Below are positions 14,048 to 28,942 of a stretch of DNA of 64,000 bases, one piece after another. The translations under genes were made by a program, and so were the position numbers. The notes under the pieces were generated by a model, which was given only the letters and a program-made list of their open reading frames with translations, did no database searches and was not told the origin of the DNA. The DNA lies in assembly GCF_006345805.1 (NCBI RefSeq), contig NC_043000.1, positions 107,942,001 to 108,006,000 of the forward strand, written 5' to 3'. The stretch comes from Octopus sinensis (taxonomy: Eukaryota). Each line of letters opens with the position of its first letter. Position 1 is the stretch's first letter.

Positions 14048-14188
14048 TATATAAATATATATAACCTGTATGATTAGGTATGTGCAAGAATATGTTTGGA
14101 TATCCTTCGTTTCAAGCTCGCTGTCACACTGCCATTCTATGAGTATCTATGTGACTGCGCGATTGTGCGTCCCTCAATCAATCTATCA

Positions 14189-14258
<70 letters not shown>

Positions 14259-14429
14259 ATATCTATCTCTCTCTCTCTCTCTCTTTCTCTCTATCTATCT
14301 ATCTAGCTAGCTATTTATCTGTCTGTCTGCCTGCCTGTCTGTCCGTCTGTCTGTCTATAGACCCACACACGCGCACACACACACGAACACACAAACAGAA
14401 ACATACACACAGACACACGCACGCACAAG

Positions 14430-14650
14430 GAAGCGCGTGGCTTAGTGGTTAGAGTGTTGCGCTCATGATCAGAAGATTTTGGTTTCGATTCCTTGAGGGC
14501 GATGCGTTGTGTCCCTTGAGTAAAACGCGTCACTTCGTGTTGCTTCGGTCCGCTCAGCTGGCCAAATTGAATAGCTCTACGCTAAACCGACGTCCTATCT
14601 AGGAGAGTGGTAATATATAAACCCCATATGTAAATCTGGGAAACCGGTCT
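14430..14650 (+). mobile_element. tRNA-headed CORE-type SINE
   Basis: GCGTGGCTTAGTGGTTAGAG (A box), GGTTTCGATTCC (B box), GTGTCCCTTGAGTAAAACG...CGGTCCGCTCAGCTGG CORE-like segment. Confidence 0.65.
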
Positions 14651-14899
14651 CAGGAACCTATGTCTAATGAACGATCTTTGACAAATTTTGGTACACATAC
14701 TTACAAGCACACACACACACACATACACGCACGCACGCCCATGGCCTCGTGGTCTCTGTATAGGGATCACGATGTCGTAAACTTGTGTGTTCGGTCCCTG
14801 TTCCATGCAATGCAGCATGTTGTGCCCTTCAGTATCACACATCATTTCCCGTTGCTCTATTCCGCTGGTCTGAAAACGAGTGTCTATTATTCTTTTCAG

Positions 14900-15104
14900 C
14901 TCTAGGAACATGGCCCGAAATGTTTTGGGGAAGGGGCCAGTCGATTAAATCGACCTCAGCACGCAACTGGTACTTGATTTATCGACCCCGAAATGATGAA
15001 AGACAAAGTCGACCTCGGCGGAATTTGAACTCAGAACGTAAAATCAGACGAAATACTGCTAAACATTTCGCCCGTTTGCTAATGTTTCTGCCAGATCGCC
15101 GCCT
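14900..15104 (-). mobile_element. SINE family 2
   Basis: Reverse complement GGCGGCGATCTGGCAGAAACATTAGC...GAGTTCAAATTCCGCCGAGGTCGACTTTGTCTTTCATC; same family at 18908, 33610, 37006, 49920, 57700. Confidence 0.85.
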
Positions 15105-16490
15105 TAGTGTTTATCTAGTATTAATACAACCGTCTATGCCACCTGCAATACTCAAAAGTAAATCAAGCAAAGGATGGGACGGGGAGGAGGTGTGACTGGA
15201 TCTGATTGCGACTATGTAGGCACGGAAAACAATTAGGGAACGAAGTTTATGTGCTACCAATGCAAACACTCCAGCAAATGAGGTTTGAAACACGTACATC
15301 CCACTCACTCCATCACATAGTAACCTTCGCTATCAAACGATTTATCTTCATATATTTTACAAAGAAACATGTCAAATCACGGAGGTACTTGACACCCCAC
15401 CGAGGTTTTTAGTCTACGACTAGAAATTGCCGGTTCTAGATGTGAGTTTATTGAAATGGCTTAATCGGAAAGTGAAATTACCCCTCATAGTCCGGTAGAT
15501 TACAATCTGCACAAAGACATAGGTCCATAGATTTATTTTAGACATAGATATATGGCATAACGCTTTAAATTTGGGAGAGAGCTATTCGTCTTTTACGTGA
15601 ATGATTGCCACAACGAATTGTCCCATACTGGTAAAATCGGATTATCAAATAGTATCCCTTGGGGTCAATAGCTTTATAGAATGCATTCAACTGTGTCACT
15701 CCTATGAGTATTTCATCTCATGAATGGAAATAAAGAGATAAGATCTACTTTTGCATGGCCTCTTCGTCTGACATCCTGCCATCTCCATTTATTTTCTCAT
15801 GCATTAATCATGAGGCGGGGAATTAGAGGAGTTGTTAGACAGGTGGGTAGAATGAATTTTGGCAATTGCTCTGGCTCTCTGTGCTTTGACTTCAAATCTC
15901 AGCGAAGTATAAATATTTGGTATTCGTCCTTTCGAGGTCAAATGGTAAAAAACTACCAATCCAAGTGGATTGTTAGAGCGCCGTACAAAATGCCTTTCAT
16001 TATATGTTATGATTCCTTGTGCTTCTACGGCCATGCATGCCATAACATTAATCTCAATCTTTATTAGTGCTATTCTCCTTGGAGAAGCATCAATGGTGTG
16101 GGTACTTTGCAACTATATGTGTGGGCCAGACTTTTGTCTTGCCCAGATCTTTCATACACATGTGCAGATCAACAGTCAATACTGATCGACGATGCTCCTC
16201 CCCTACTTATAATCAGTTTCCTCTACTTACAGGAGTAAACTGAACGCACTCAGTGTGAGTCGTTGTTGCAATTGTTGTTTACACGTAGTTCAATATACGT
16301 CGACCAGTCTTTGTTAATATCGGTGTGATGCGATTTCCGGTTGATAATTTTAGCAAGTTCTACTGTCACGTAAAACGTTATTAATATATTATCGTGTTAA
16401 ATTATTAAGATCAGGAAGCGGGAACAGTTTGGTAGTTGGATGGACAATAAACAATCCCAGTAAGGAGCAGTTTTATTTATTTATGCGCCC

Positions 16491-16770
16491 TTTTGAAGCC
16501 TAGCCAGGCTCATGGGCTCGGTTTCCTGGTTTCTGTGGCGTATATGTTCCCCCCAGCTGGATGGAACGCCAGTCCATCGCAGCGCTACCCAAGAAACAGA
16601 AAGAGAGAGTGAGAGATAGTTGGGTCAAAGAGTACAACAGGGGTCGCCACCACACCCTGCCGGAGCCTCGTGGAGCTTTAGGTGTTTTCGCTCCATAAAC
16701 ACACACACAACGCCCGGTCAGGGAAACGAAACCGCGATTCTCCGACCGCGAGTCCGCCTCGGTAAGGAAC
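16491..16770 (-). mobile_element. SINE with V-domain-like core
   Basis: Reverse complement has a tRNA-like head (GGTTTCGTTTCCCTGACCGGG) and CTGCGATGGACTGGCGTTCCATCCAG, resembling the conserved V-SINE domain, then ATACGCCACAGAAACCAGGAAACCG tail. Confidence 0.6.
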
Positions 16771-16984
16771 AGTAACAAAGATATATATTTCTGTTGCTTA
16801 AACAAAAATCTGTAGGGCACACTATAAGTGATCACTTGCCCTAGAAGTAACACACGCAAGGATATTCCTGAAACAAACTAAAACAACAACAACAGCAATA
16901 TAAAAAAAGGAGTATATTTACTGGTGTGGTCATTGATACATGTGTGACACGGAAGATTATCGAATAATCGCGACTGGAACGCCA

Positions 16985-17170
16985 TTTGACTATAGACCTT
17001 CCGATCAGTTTTGACCTGTGCCTAAAACATAGTAAGAAAATTACCGTAAAAAATACAGACTGGAGCAAAAGTGAAATATAAGCAGTTTGACGAAGGAAAC
17101 AATACGTCGCCAGGAATCGAACTCGCAACCTTATGATCGTGAGACGAATATCCGAAGCAATTAGCCACGC
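16985..17170 (-). mobile_element. Diverged CORE-type SINE
   Basis: Reverse complement GCGTGGCTAATTGC...GAGTTCGATTCCTGG...TTTCACTTTTGCTCCAGTC. Confidence 0.55.
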
Positions 17171-17218
17171 AACTTACAGGTTGCGTGTGAGTTTGTGTAT
17201 AAGTGTGTGTGTGAGAGC

Positions 17219-17252
<34 letters not shown>

Positions 17253-17624
17253 GTATGTCTATCTATCTATCTATATATATAAATCAATATATATATATAT
17301 GTACGCATACACTAGTATACTCATTTAGAAAATACATCCCTGAAGTCTCAAGTCCCAAGTCCCGTAGGACAATGAAATATCTTAATGTACTTCCAGGAAG
17401 AGAACTAAAGTGAATCAGTTATAAATTAAATGGCTATGAAGATAAAGCCGAAATTAGTATCTCAGTAAGCGTATTTATGCGTATTCGAGTCTCTTTCGTG
17501 ATTATATGAAAAGAACAAAAATGAAGCTAAAACGGCGCCAACAGTTGTTGAATTAAGCAAAAATATCAATAGTGTTGATATTGAAGTTATTTCACGTAGG
17601 CACGAAGAATTCATATATGATGCA

Positions 17625-17696
<72 letters not shown>

Positions 17697-17715
17697 TATA
17701 TATATATATATATAT

Positions 17716-17761
<46 letters not shown>

Positions 17762-17837
17762 TCATGCGTTTACTCTTTTATTCTGTATATATACATAAAT
17801 ACACACACACACTCACGCACACACACATACACACACG

Positions 17838-17902
<65 letters not shown>

Positions 17903-17938
17903 GCGCGTGTATGTATATAATATCTATGAATATATATT

Positions 17939-17982
<44 letters not shown>

Positions 17983-18188
17983 CACACAAAACACATTTGA
18001 AAAACATACATAGTTTAAATATATATCATGTTTTCTGAGCAGCTGCGAACGTGTGTATATCTTTATGTTTGATTACCATTGAGTGACCGTGCATGTATGT
18101 TTGCGTGTGTGTACATATATATATATAAGCGTGTGTGTGTGAATTTTTGTATATATTCGAAATAAAAGTATATATGAGTATACATATA

Positions 18189-18241
<53 letters not shown>

Positions 18242-18907
18242 TTCTAAAGAGAGAGAGAGAGAGAGAGATGTCAGAGTAAGAGAAGAGAGTAGATAGGTGG
18301 ACGTAAGCACAGACAGTAGTCTTCGTTCTTCAAAACAAGTTATGTAGTTACTAAGAGCTAAGAGTGCACAAGACCGCAACATATCGCGGGAGGTAACTTT
18401 AAATTTATGTGGATTAATTCCCTGCAACTTTGCAGATGCAGAGGTGTCTCGTGAATTCACGCTGTATACTTTGATATCTATAATCACATTTCAGTTATAA
18501 ATTTAGTTTTAGTCTCATATGTTCAATGTTCTTATAGGGCCTTAGGTTATTCGTAGATCAATATGATATCCGTACATAAAAGTATTCACTTACATTGTTA
18601 TAATATATAGTAATATCACCATTCATAAACTTAATTCTCAAACTATATGATGCTGCGTACCGCCAGTTGTTTTTTCCTATGCAAGTGCCGGTAATATTTC
18701 TTTGTAATATTGAATTATATCGGAAACAATGAATATAATATAAGTTGACAATTTCTCTTATCTTATATTGAATTTGTAAACAAATAATACAAATTACATA
18801 AGCATTTTATAATGTTTCTTTCATTTCTGGAAATTCGCCGCGTACCGGCAGCTGATGGCTCGCGGACCACCACCTTGTGTAGTAGTGATGTACACCACAA
18901 AAACAAA

Positions 18908-19265
18908 GGTGGTGAGCTGGCAGAAACGTTAGTACGCCGGGCGAAATGCGTAGCCGTATTTCGTTTGCCATTACGTTCTGAGTTCAAATTCCGCCGAGGT
19001 CGACTTTGCCTTTCATCCTTTCGGGGTCGATAAATTAAGTACCAGTTACGCACTGGGATCGATATAACCGACTTAATCCGTCTGTCTGTCCTTGTTTGTC
19101 TCCTCTGTGTTTAGCACCTTGTGGGAAGTACAGAAATAGGTATTTCGTCTGTTGTTACGTTCTGAGTTCAAATTCCGCCGAGGCCGACTGTGCCTTTCCT
19201 GATTTCGAGGTCGATAAATAAAGTACCAGTTTCGCACTGGGGTCGATGTAGTCGACTTAATCCCT
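18908..19265 (+). mobile_element. SINE family 2, head-to-tail dimer
   Basis: One A-box head, then two ~180-bp units each with GTTCTGAGTTCAAATTCCGCCGAGG. Confidence 0.85.
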
Positions 19266-19743
19266 TTGTCTATCCTTATAATAGTAAATTCATTTGTTTT
19301 ATTGTAAAGAAACCCTGACATTCAGGTCTTCTCGAATAATCATAGTAATGGCAAACAGATTCTTTCTGTATTTATTTCTCATCTTTCGAACTTTTGAACT
19401 TTATTATTTCACTCTTCCATCTTTCACTTCTACATCTCCTCTACTGTTATTACTCTGATTGTGATTCTTCTTTCTTACCTTTTCAATGATAATTCTATCC
19501 TCAGTTTAGATCTTATCATCCCATTCCTTCCATCCTTTGTCTACCTGATCCACCTATATGGCACTGTAAAATAATCTTCCTCGTCTATAACGCGTGTTGT
19601 TTCTAATTCCGTGTTATCGTTATTATTGTAACCATTGAATTTTTTTACGTCTTCTCCTGCCTCTTTGTTTCTTTTTTTCGTTCTTTCTTTCTTTCTCTCT
19701 CTCCCTCTCTCTCTCTCTCTTTCAGCATATATATTTATATATA

Positions 19744-20002
<259 letters not shown>

Positions 20003-20390
20003 TGTATATATATATATATATATATACATACATACAAACTTCTATTATTTTACTCACCATCTATCCTCGATATTACCCTTTCCCATGATTATTCATCTCA
20101 TTACTTTGTTTTCTTCTTTTGTTACCCCTCTTTCGCTCCTTGCTGCTTTATCATTTATTATTGTGTTTTTTTTTCTCCTCTAACAACTGCCAGAATTACA
20201 ATCAACACTAACATTAAAAACAAAAAGAAAAGAAAAGAAAGCTAAACGATACAAAGTCAATTTAATAAGAAAACATTTGTGACCATTATTTCCACCATCT
20301 TGTAATTTAGTCTCAAGAATTTGAATTAATGAATGACATTAAATCATGTAATAATAATAATAAAAAAAAATAATAATAATAAAAATAATG

Positions 20391-20458
<68 letters not shown>

Positions 20459-21118
20459 TTGAAGGAAAATAAAGATCAACTTAACAGCCTTCGCCACAAT
20501 CCTCTTCAACAAAAATGGAAGCGGTCCTGTATACATTTTCTGTCGAAATCCACCTGCACAACACTTGTCACAACGCGTATTAAAACTAAAGATTCACAGC
20601 ATCGCGGTTGTTTATTGAATCTCCAGTATAAAATGCAGTGCTCCTGCATGGCCGCAGTCAAACGACTGAAACGTGTAATAGAATAAAAAGAAATAAATAC
20701 TCAATTAAACCTTGTAAATGAAAATGAAATATGTCGAAAAGTCCATAAATGTTTTGATTATGATTTTGATTCAACTTAGTTTGCTAAAGGTGGTATAGTG
20801 TTTCTTATTTACAACAGGGATTAGACATACATTCCACATAAATGCTACACATTCTATAAACTTGGTGCGTTACACAACTAAGTTTGGCACAGACAATTAG
20901 AGTTTTCACAGTTTTGGGATTAAGATGATGTTGAGGTAGAAAGAATTCTGAAACGGTAAAATTGCAGAAGCGCTATCATTTAATGAACCTATGAAATATC
21001 TGTAGTATGTAATGACTGTAGGTTCGCTTAGATTATATTTGATCTCATAACGTAGAGAGTTGTAAGTATTTACTGTATGAGCCTTTACTTGAGACATTCG
21101 AGTGTTTCACCTGTAATT

Positions 21119-21170
<52 letters not shown>

Positions 21171-21175
21171 ATGTA

Positions 21176-21394
21176 TGTGATCTCTTAAGCACCACCAGCT
21201 CAAATATCTTCTCCTCTGTCTTCCCTCCTTGGGATCTTTCCTTCTCCTTGTTTCCGACGAAGAGCTCCGCTCGAAACGTTAAACCCTCCTTCCCTTCTTT
21301 CCTGAGCGTCAATAATACTTTAATTGTTCCACGTCCTGCGTTGCTGTGTTTTTTCTCTCTTTTTTTCTCTTTTTTTCTGTGTTTCTGTTTGGAT

Positions 21395-21398
<4 letters not shown>
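21176..21398 (+). mobile_element. PLE/retrozyme-like element, family C
   Basis: Pyrimidine-rich ~220-bp insert between two (TA)n tracts containing a hammerhead motif. Confidence 0.55.
21250..21284 (+). ncRNA. Minimal hammerhead ribozyme motif, U4C core variant
   Basis: GTTT-CCGACGA-A-GAGC tcc GCTC-GAAAC-GTT-AAAC: stem I GTTT/AAAC, stem II 4 bp, loopless palindromic stem III (AACGTT). Confidence 0.65.
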
Positions 21399-21450
<52 letters not shown>

Positions 21451-21919
21451 TATATATATAATATAATATATATATAATATATATATGTATGTATATATTT
21501 ATATGTATATATAGATATGTATATATATAATATATATATATATATGTATGTATATATATATTATTTGTTATATATATATATATGTATATATATATATGTA
21601 TATATATATATTATATGTATATATATATTGTATATATATATGTGTATATATATAATATATATATATATATATATGAGTGTGTTTGTGTGTGTATATTATA
21701 ATATTATATATTATATATAACAATATATATATATATATATATATTATATAATTATATATATTATATATATATTATATATAGAATATATATATATATATAT
21801 ATTATACATACATGCATACATACCTAATATATGAATACTATATATATATTTTGAGATGCAGAAAAATAGACTATTTTATGTATCTAAACATTGCAACAAT
21901 ATTAGTAAAAAGTCTTTCG

Positions 21920-21981
21920 TCTTCTTCTTCTTCTTCTTCTTCTTCTTCTTCTTCTTCTTCTTCTTCTTCTTCTTCTTCTTC
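21920..21981. repeat. (TCT)n microsatellite
   Basis: Direct inspection. Confidence 0.95.
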
Positions 21982-22746
21982 AGAATTATCATTTCTTGTA
22001 AACTGTATTTAGTACCATCAAAATAGCGCCTCTAACAAAATATAATGTATGGATTATTTTGGTGTCCCGTCATTTTATTAATATCAGTTGTAACATTCGT
22101 ATTAACAATAACAGCAACAACACGTTCGACAATTAAATTGCACTTCTGTAGTCGTTTTATCTCGTGCTATTTATCAATCGATAACAAATATGATATCCTA
22201 CCAAGTATAACGTCTGAAAAATAATTTGATCTTTGACCCTGAGAATATTGGTTCGTACATTGTAACTGCAGGATTTATTTGGCAGACGTAGATACCGTTT
22301 CAACAATTATACCACAGACAATGAACGTGTCTCTATGTGGTTGTTTGACCTACAAGGAAACAGCAGTTAACCAAATCTCATTGGAATCTTACATTAGTAT
22401 TTTAGAAATGAAAAGAATATATTGAATGACGAAAGAAAGAATAGTCGACATGACTAAAAAAACCCTTGACCATTCAGAAGTGTACTCAAACAGGACTGTT
22501 TATTATAATAAGGAGTGAAAATCGATTATTTTTGGATCCTTAATCTATCATTTGATGGTGAAGTAGAGAAAGAAAATGGATGTTTGACTTCAGTTGTAAC
22601 CAAGTTAATCTACTTGAATTTACTTGCCTAAAATACATAGAGTCAACACTACTTATCTCCCCTGAAATAAGTAGTTTTTGACTCCATGTATAATGGACAG
22701 CGAATTGGCTGAGCCGTTAGAGCATAAGAAAAATTCGCATACTATA

Positions 22747-23065
22747 GGCGCAGGAGTGGGTGTGTGGTAAGTAGCTTGCTTACCAAACACATGGTTCTGG
22801 GTTCAGTCCCACTGCGTGGCACCTTGAGCAAGTGTCTTCTACTATAGCCTCGGGCCGACCAAAGCCTTGTGTATGTTTGTCCCCCCAATATCGCTTGACA
22901 ACCGATGCTAGTGTGGTTACATCCTCGTCACTTAGCTGTTCGGCAAGAGAGACCGATAGAATAAGTACCAGGCTTACAAAGAATAAGTCCTGGGGTCGAT
23001 TTGCTCAACTAAAGGCGGTGCTCCAACATGGCCGCAGTCAAATGGCTGAAACAAATAAAAGAATA
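22747..23065 (+). mobile_element. SINE family 1, near full length with internal deletion
   Basis: GGCGCAGGAGTGGGTGTGTGGTAAG...GGGTTCAGTCCC...CACCTTGAGCAAGTGTCTTC...GGCGGTGCTCCAACATGGCCGCAGTC-AATAAAAGAATA. Confidence 0.9.
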
Positions 23066-24637
23066 CGGTAATTACTTTGGTTTTCTGTGCAGAATGGTGG
23101 ACTGGAAGAATTTTATAGTCAGTCGGATGTCTCATGATGCTTGCAGTCCTTAAACTATAAACATGATCCGTCATCCAGTTTAACACCACAACCTAGTTCT
23201 CTAGCGCCTTTAAGAGAGCCTAGAACAGGGCCTCCACTTTTAAAATTACTTTCTCCCTTATTTCTAACCAGTCTTGGAGTCCCCGTAAGAAGAAAAGTTC
23301 GTGGGCATTACCATTCTTTTTATAAGTTAACAGTGAAAACTGGGCTCAGAGTGATATTTTTTATTACCCACGACAATTGAACTTATGGTATTTCTCTATA
23401 GACTAGTTGAATGGGGACCAAACCCATCACGGCTAATGGCTTTTATTCAGTCCTTATTCAGTCAGCAATGTCATGGGGCAAAACAGTGTCAAAGACGAGA
23501 AACTTATTCTTTTTATTACCTCAGTTATGATATCAATTAGGAATTGTCGATTTTAGGAAACCTAGTAGCTGATGTATAATTGAATTATTCGACCTTGGAA
23601 TCATGAAAGATAAAGTTGACGGGAGCGGAATTTGAACTTAGAACATAACAACGAGACACAACAAATACCACAAAATACTTTGTGTGACGTTCTAATGAAT
23701 CTCCTAGCACATTTTTCATTCATCTCTAATATTGTTTGTGATTTAAGTAAATGGCCAGCAAACGCGAAGCGAGACGGTTTGTGGATACCATCGATCCCGT
23801 TTATTAACCGGTACTTAATTTTATGCTCTCCAAAATGGTGAAAGGCAAAACTGACGTGAGCGGAATTTGAACATATTTCTATTCATGCACATTAATTACT
23901 CGCGCAAAAAATGTGTATATAGAAATCATTATCGAAAGTGAGTCTCCCTTTTGAAAGACTGTAATTTCAAGGGTGTAATTTAGGGAGGTTGACTTGGCTG
24001 CTAAGTGTAGCCTGTTTGAAAATGTAGGAGCTCTCAGGGCATTTCCATTTCGTGAATCAGATAAAAAAAGGTAGATACACTACCATTCCAGACAAGATAT
24101 CAGCCTATTATTAATAACATTTATCAGAACCTCTCAGATAAAGGGCATGTTTAGAAGGAGATTCACCAAGATCAACGCATTGGCAAAATTAGTGGAGCGA
24201 CCAATAAATAGTATTTCCCTTTTTTTTATTTGCAATCATTTAATTTCTTATTTCCAGTATTATACAGATTGAATTTGACATCAATATCTGGGATCGATAG
24301 TATTAATACAAGTGAAATACAAGAGATGATCTAATCAAATATTCCCTCCTCTAAAATAGTAGTCACTCTGGTAAGAAGTCCATATGATTTGATTTTTAAA
24401 GTGGAAGATGCGGTAGAAATGTGTGTTAAGGAATATTTACTGTCATATGTATATACATATGATATAATGGAGAATGAAATATGTCGTTGGGAGATACTAA
24501 CAGGGGCAGGAAGAGGAAGGTATTAACTGTGATAGTATGTTATGAAAAACAAAATACAGAAACAAAGATTTTGTTTTATTATTTTATCTTGCTTCTGTCA
24601 TTAGACAGTAACCGTGATGAAGGATTTTTAACTGAAT

Positions 24638-24689
<52 letters not shown>

Positions 24690-24754
24690 ATGTGTGTGTG
24701 TGTGTGTATTTGTGCGTGTGTTAGTGTATATATATGTATATATATATATATATG

Positions 24755-24912
24755 TACGACGTGTTTCTTTCAATTTCCGTCTACCGCATCCACTCACAAA
24801 GCATTGGTCAGTCTTGAGCTATAGTGGAAGACACTTGGCCTAAGTTCCACACAGTGGGACTGAAACGAGAACCATGTGGTTGGAAAGACCATTTTATGCC
24901 ATACAACTACGT
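24755..24912 (-). mobile_element. SINE family 1, diverged 5' half
   Basis: Matches reverse complement of family head (CAATTTCCGTCTACC...GGGACTGAAAC..AACCATGTGGTTGG). Confidence 0.75.
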
Positions 24913-27360
24913 GAATTTAATGTTTAACACGACACATCGAAATATGAATCGAGTAAAGATGAACGACATTTCCATACATTAATATAATCAGTGTGAGACA
25001 ACCAAAGCAATGACAGTGAGGAAACGAAGGCAAGGACGGTGAGTTAGCTGATACATTCAATAGAGGCACATTTGGTACTGGATACTAGTGCTTTTGTAAA
25101 TACACCAAAATGTGCAGTATTCATGGAAATAAATTAATCTGCATTATAATTGTGAAGTAGTGACTAGTAGGAGAGGCGAGAAGAGTCAAATGTTTAATTG
25201 AAATTATAATTGAAGAAAAAGGAATTACACTACTATTGTGGCATAGGAGAAAGCTTGTTGTAATAGGTTTACAACCGCCTGATTAATTACTAAATTGGAA
25301 TAACATTCTAATTAATTTCTAAATAAATGGAGATAATTAGTGTTAGAGAGAAAATCTTATGTATATTTTGAGACAACCAGTGTCATTAGATTTGTGCAAT
25401 TTTTGTACTTTTATATAAACATTTACAAAGACTTCAAAATGCTTCCGAGGAAAAAAATTATTAAAATGAAGTGATAGAAACCGAATAATGAGTTAGTTGT
25501 CAGCTTATATATACACCCTTCCTTTCGTTGTTATATTAGGCTTCGGGAGATATTTAATTGTGTGGAATATTTCTCGACACTTCATGAATTATTATCTGTC
25601 GTTTCTACTGTACGAGTCTAAGGAAATAAAATTTAGAGTGAAAAGATTTTCTAATTTAAATTTTCTTGTTAGTAGAAGCCTCTAGAACGATGTTTGAATA
25701 AAAATATCGATATTAAATAATTAATTGGCATTTTTCTCGGTGTCATGTCGCCAGCCAATATTTTGCTTGTTTGTTCGTTTGAATTTTCTTTTTATAATCT
25801 TTTTGTTTTTTAGTTCCTGTAATGAGCCTCTGGCTGAAGATGAACCACCTGAAATGTTATAAACGATAAAGTAATGGAGTAGGCGCTTCAGATAACTCTT
25901 GATAGTAGGTGAGTTTTCTTTTGAAACGCAGAGAAGATAACGTGGAAGACGTAAACAATATTGTTGTTTGTGAAGTAGAAATACTCGTGAAAGCATCCTT
26001 TCGGAAATAAATACATAAAATATAAGAAAAAATGGAAAACGGCATACTCCATAGCAATGCATCAATGCTTAATTCATGGAAACGTCATTAAAAAATATGG
26101 TTTAATATAAAAGTTAATTTTTATGATAATTCGAACATCAGGTTGAAGCAAAAATAACAAAAATAATAAAATTCGAAATCAATAACAAGAAAATGAAAAT
26201 AAAGTAAAACTGCAAGATCTATTGTGGATACTATTTTATTTTCATCGAAATATTTAAGTTCGATTTTAATACATTTATTGATAATTTTCAGAAATAGTCA
26301 TCGTCGAAGAATTGATTTTTGAGCAAATATTTATATTTCTGTGAAGAAGAAATCATATTATCTTAAAATAGAAGAAATTATATTATATATTTCATAAGCT
26401 TGAAATATAGGGGGAAATTTAATGGTTTAAATATAAATTCCCTTATGAGAATTCATTATTAGCAAAGCGAGATTTCTATATTTCGCAGAATTCCAAACGA
26501 TCTCTCTCAAGTTAGACACATAGTGATTATTAATATTTCAAATTAGCTTCTTAGAAATAGTTATTTAATACAAATGCGTGTGGTTAAAGTAATTAATATG
26601 CTTTAATTTTAACTAGTTAAAGATGTCATGTGGCTTAGGGAGAAATAATTAGATTTTAAAGATTTATGCCTTTCTTAAAGAAATTATCAGCTTCAATGAC
26701 TTAGGACAGCTTCAGCTGAATGTTGGAGCTAATAATCAATCTCAATTTGCTAGAAACGTATCTCGTATTGAGATAAAAAGATAAGTGGGTATCATCGGAT
26801 TTAAGATCAGGATAGAAATAGGAACAGGCGGAACTAAATGCTTCAACACAATAATTAGTTATAGACTTGGATCATTTCAATGGCCAGTGCATTTCCAATA
26901 AAGATGCGAGACCATTGCCAATGGAAGAAATCATCCGGGTTATCCTCTTCCTCATGATGATGAAGACCATTTGCATAGGAATTGGTTCCAAGTAGCTCCT
27001 AGAAAGAGCAGCCAAATATTTTTCAAACAATATTACCACATTGAAAACGCAAGGACATTGCATAATAGTAGAGCTAGGTAAATTATAACTGAAGATTATC
27101 AAAATATAAGCAAACAAACAAACAGTGTGATAAACTTGGGTTAGATGTCTTGGCTCATAAGCTTGCACCTCTCTGTGTGCTTATCTGGAGATAAGCAATA
27201 CGACTAGCAAAAACCAGGGGCTTAAATAAGGGAGATAACTATAAGAATTCAAGTACAAACAAAAGTGGTATTAACAAAGTCGCTGATATTTAATTCCACA
27301 CAAGTCCTCATGAAAAAACTAGCTTCTGAAAAAAAAGGTAGGCTTCAAGTAATTACTCCC

Positions 27361-27770
27361 TCTCTTTTACTCGTTTCAGTCATTTGACTGCAGCCATGCT
27401 GGAGCACCGCTTTTAGTCGAGCAAATCGACCCCAGGACTTATTTTTTGTAAGCCTAGTACTTATTCTATCGGTTTCTTTTGCCGAACCGCTAAGTTACAG
27501 GGACATAAACACACCACCATCGGTTGTCAAGCGATGTTGGGGGGATAAACACAGACATACAAACACACACACACACACACAAACATACATATATATATAT
27601 ACATATATTCGACGGGCTTCTTTCAGTTTCCGTCTACCAAATCTACTCAAAACTTCGGTCGGCCTGAGGCTATAGTAGAAGACACTTGCCCAAGTTGCCA
27701 CACAGTGTGACTGAACCCATAATCATGTGGTTGGTAAGCAGGCTACTTACCACACAGCCACTCCTACGCC
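27361..27770 (-). mobile_element. SINE family 1, full length
   Basis: Reverse complement of 32109-32550 organisation, with internal (CA)/(TA) tract. Confidence 0.9.
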
Positions 27771-28942
27771 TATAATTCTAAAACAAAATTTCAAATCAAA
27801 TTGAAATTTTATGATGAGATATGTGAAGTTGCATCCGCGGAATATTCTGCTGCTTTTGGTTTTTGTAGTTTTTCAAATTTTAAATTTTATGTTTTTTTTA
27901 CAGCCAAATTACGTTATAACTTTAATTCCTGCAACCATTCAATGTTGTACCATTGTAAAAGTAAACACATTCGTATACGAAAAATGTTTTAATACCTGAA
28001 ATCATATTATTTATATACTATTAAAGAATATCATATTCATTGATATTAAAGTATTCTTTAATAGTTTATATTTAAACTATCAAATATGTAAGCATATAAA
28101 CTTTCTATTAAATATATTCAATATGACACGTTTCTCATTTATATACAAACATTTTACAAAATGATGTTTCTGCTTCAAGTTTTGTTACTTTACCATGAAA
28201 TATTGTTTGATTTATCCTCCTCCCTCACCAAAGATGCTTTCACGCGTATTTCTACTTAGCAAACAGGAACTTTACAAACATGAACTTTGTTTACATCCTT
28301 ATACGTTATCTTCACAGTATTTAAAAGAATATTCACATGCTTACAAGATTTATTTGTAGCATCCACTCCAATATATTACTGTTTCTAGTCATACTTAATA
28401 ATTTAGGATTATATTATTCAATATAGTTTTCAGTGTTCAAGACTGTGTGATTTAAATAGTGTTTTGCTGTCAAATAAAAACAGTAGGCCATCTTTGCTCG
28501 AAATAACCTCTTTGAGCTCTAAATTAATTAAATTGCTGAATAAAAGAGCCTAAGCAATTAGACGATGAGAGGAAAAGCAAGTAAGCTCATTAGTAATTAT
28601 ACAAAGATAAAAACCATTAACCCTTTTACAGTATCCAAATATGTCTTAATAGTTGTACAGGCATCGTTATACTCAAAGTTTTTTAAGCGAATACAAGAGC
28701 ATGGCATTTTCCCTTTTCTCTAAATCTACACCTTGTATAACTATATGGCGAATGTATTTAGCGTTGTCATTCATATTTCGGTATGAGTATAGCAGAATTT
28801 GATCAACAGGTTCACAGTTTGTATTCTACCTACGACATTCAGTTGTGCTTACACACATATCGTAAACCAACTAATTGACAAATTCACGCCCAACAATACT
28901 CTTCAACATCAGTACATGAAGGGAAAATCAGACTAAAATGTA

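Noticed and set aside
26641-27140. Long plus-strand frame interrupted only by TAA/TAG (…GYPLPHDDEDHLHRNWFQV…), suggesting a ciliate-type code or foreign DNA
   Set aside because: A TGA-free run of this length is not rare at this AT content; no protein family recognised; it is the antisense register of ORF 26872..27168.
26872-27168. Minus ORF with VVILFEKYLAAL resembling a GPCR TM3 ERY motif
   Set aside because: No other GPCR motifs or supporting exons found; could be rechecked by HMM search.
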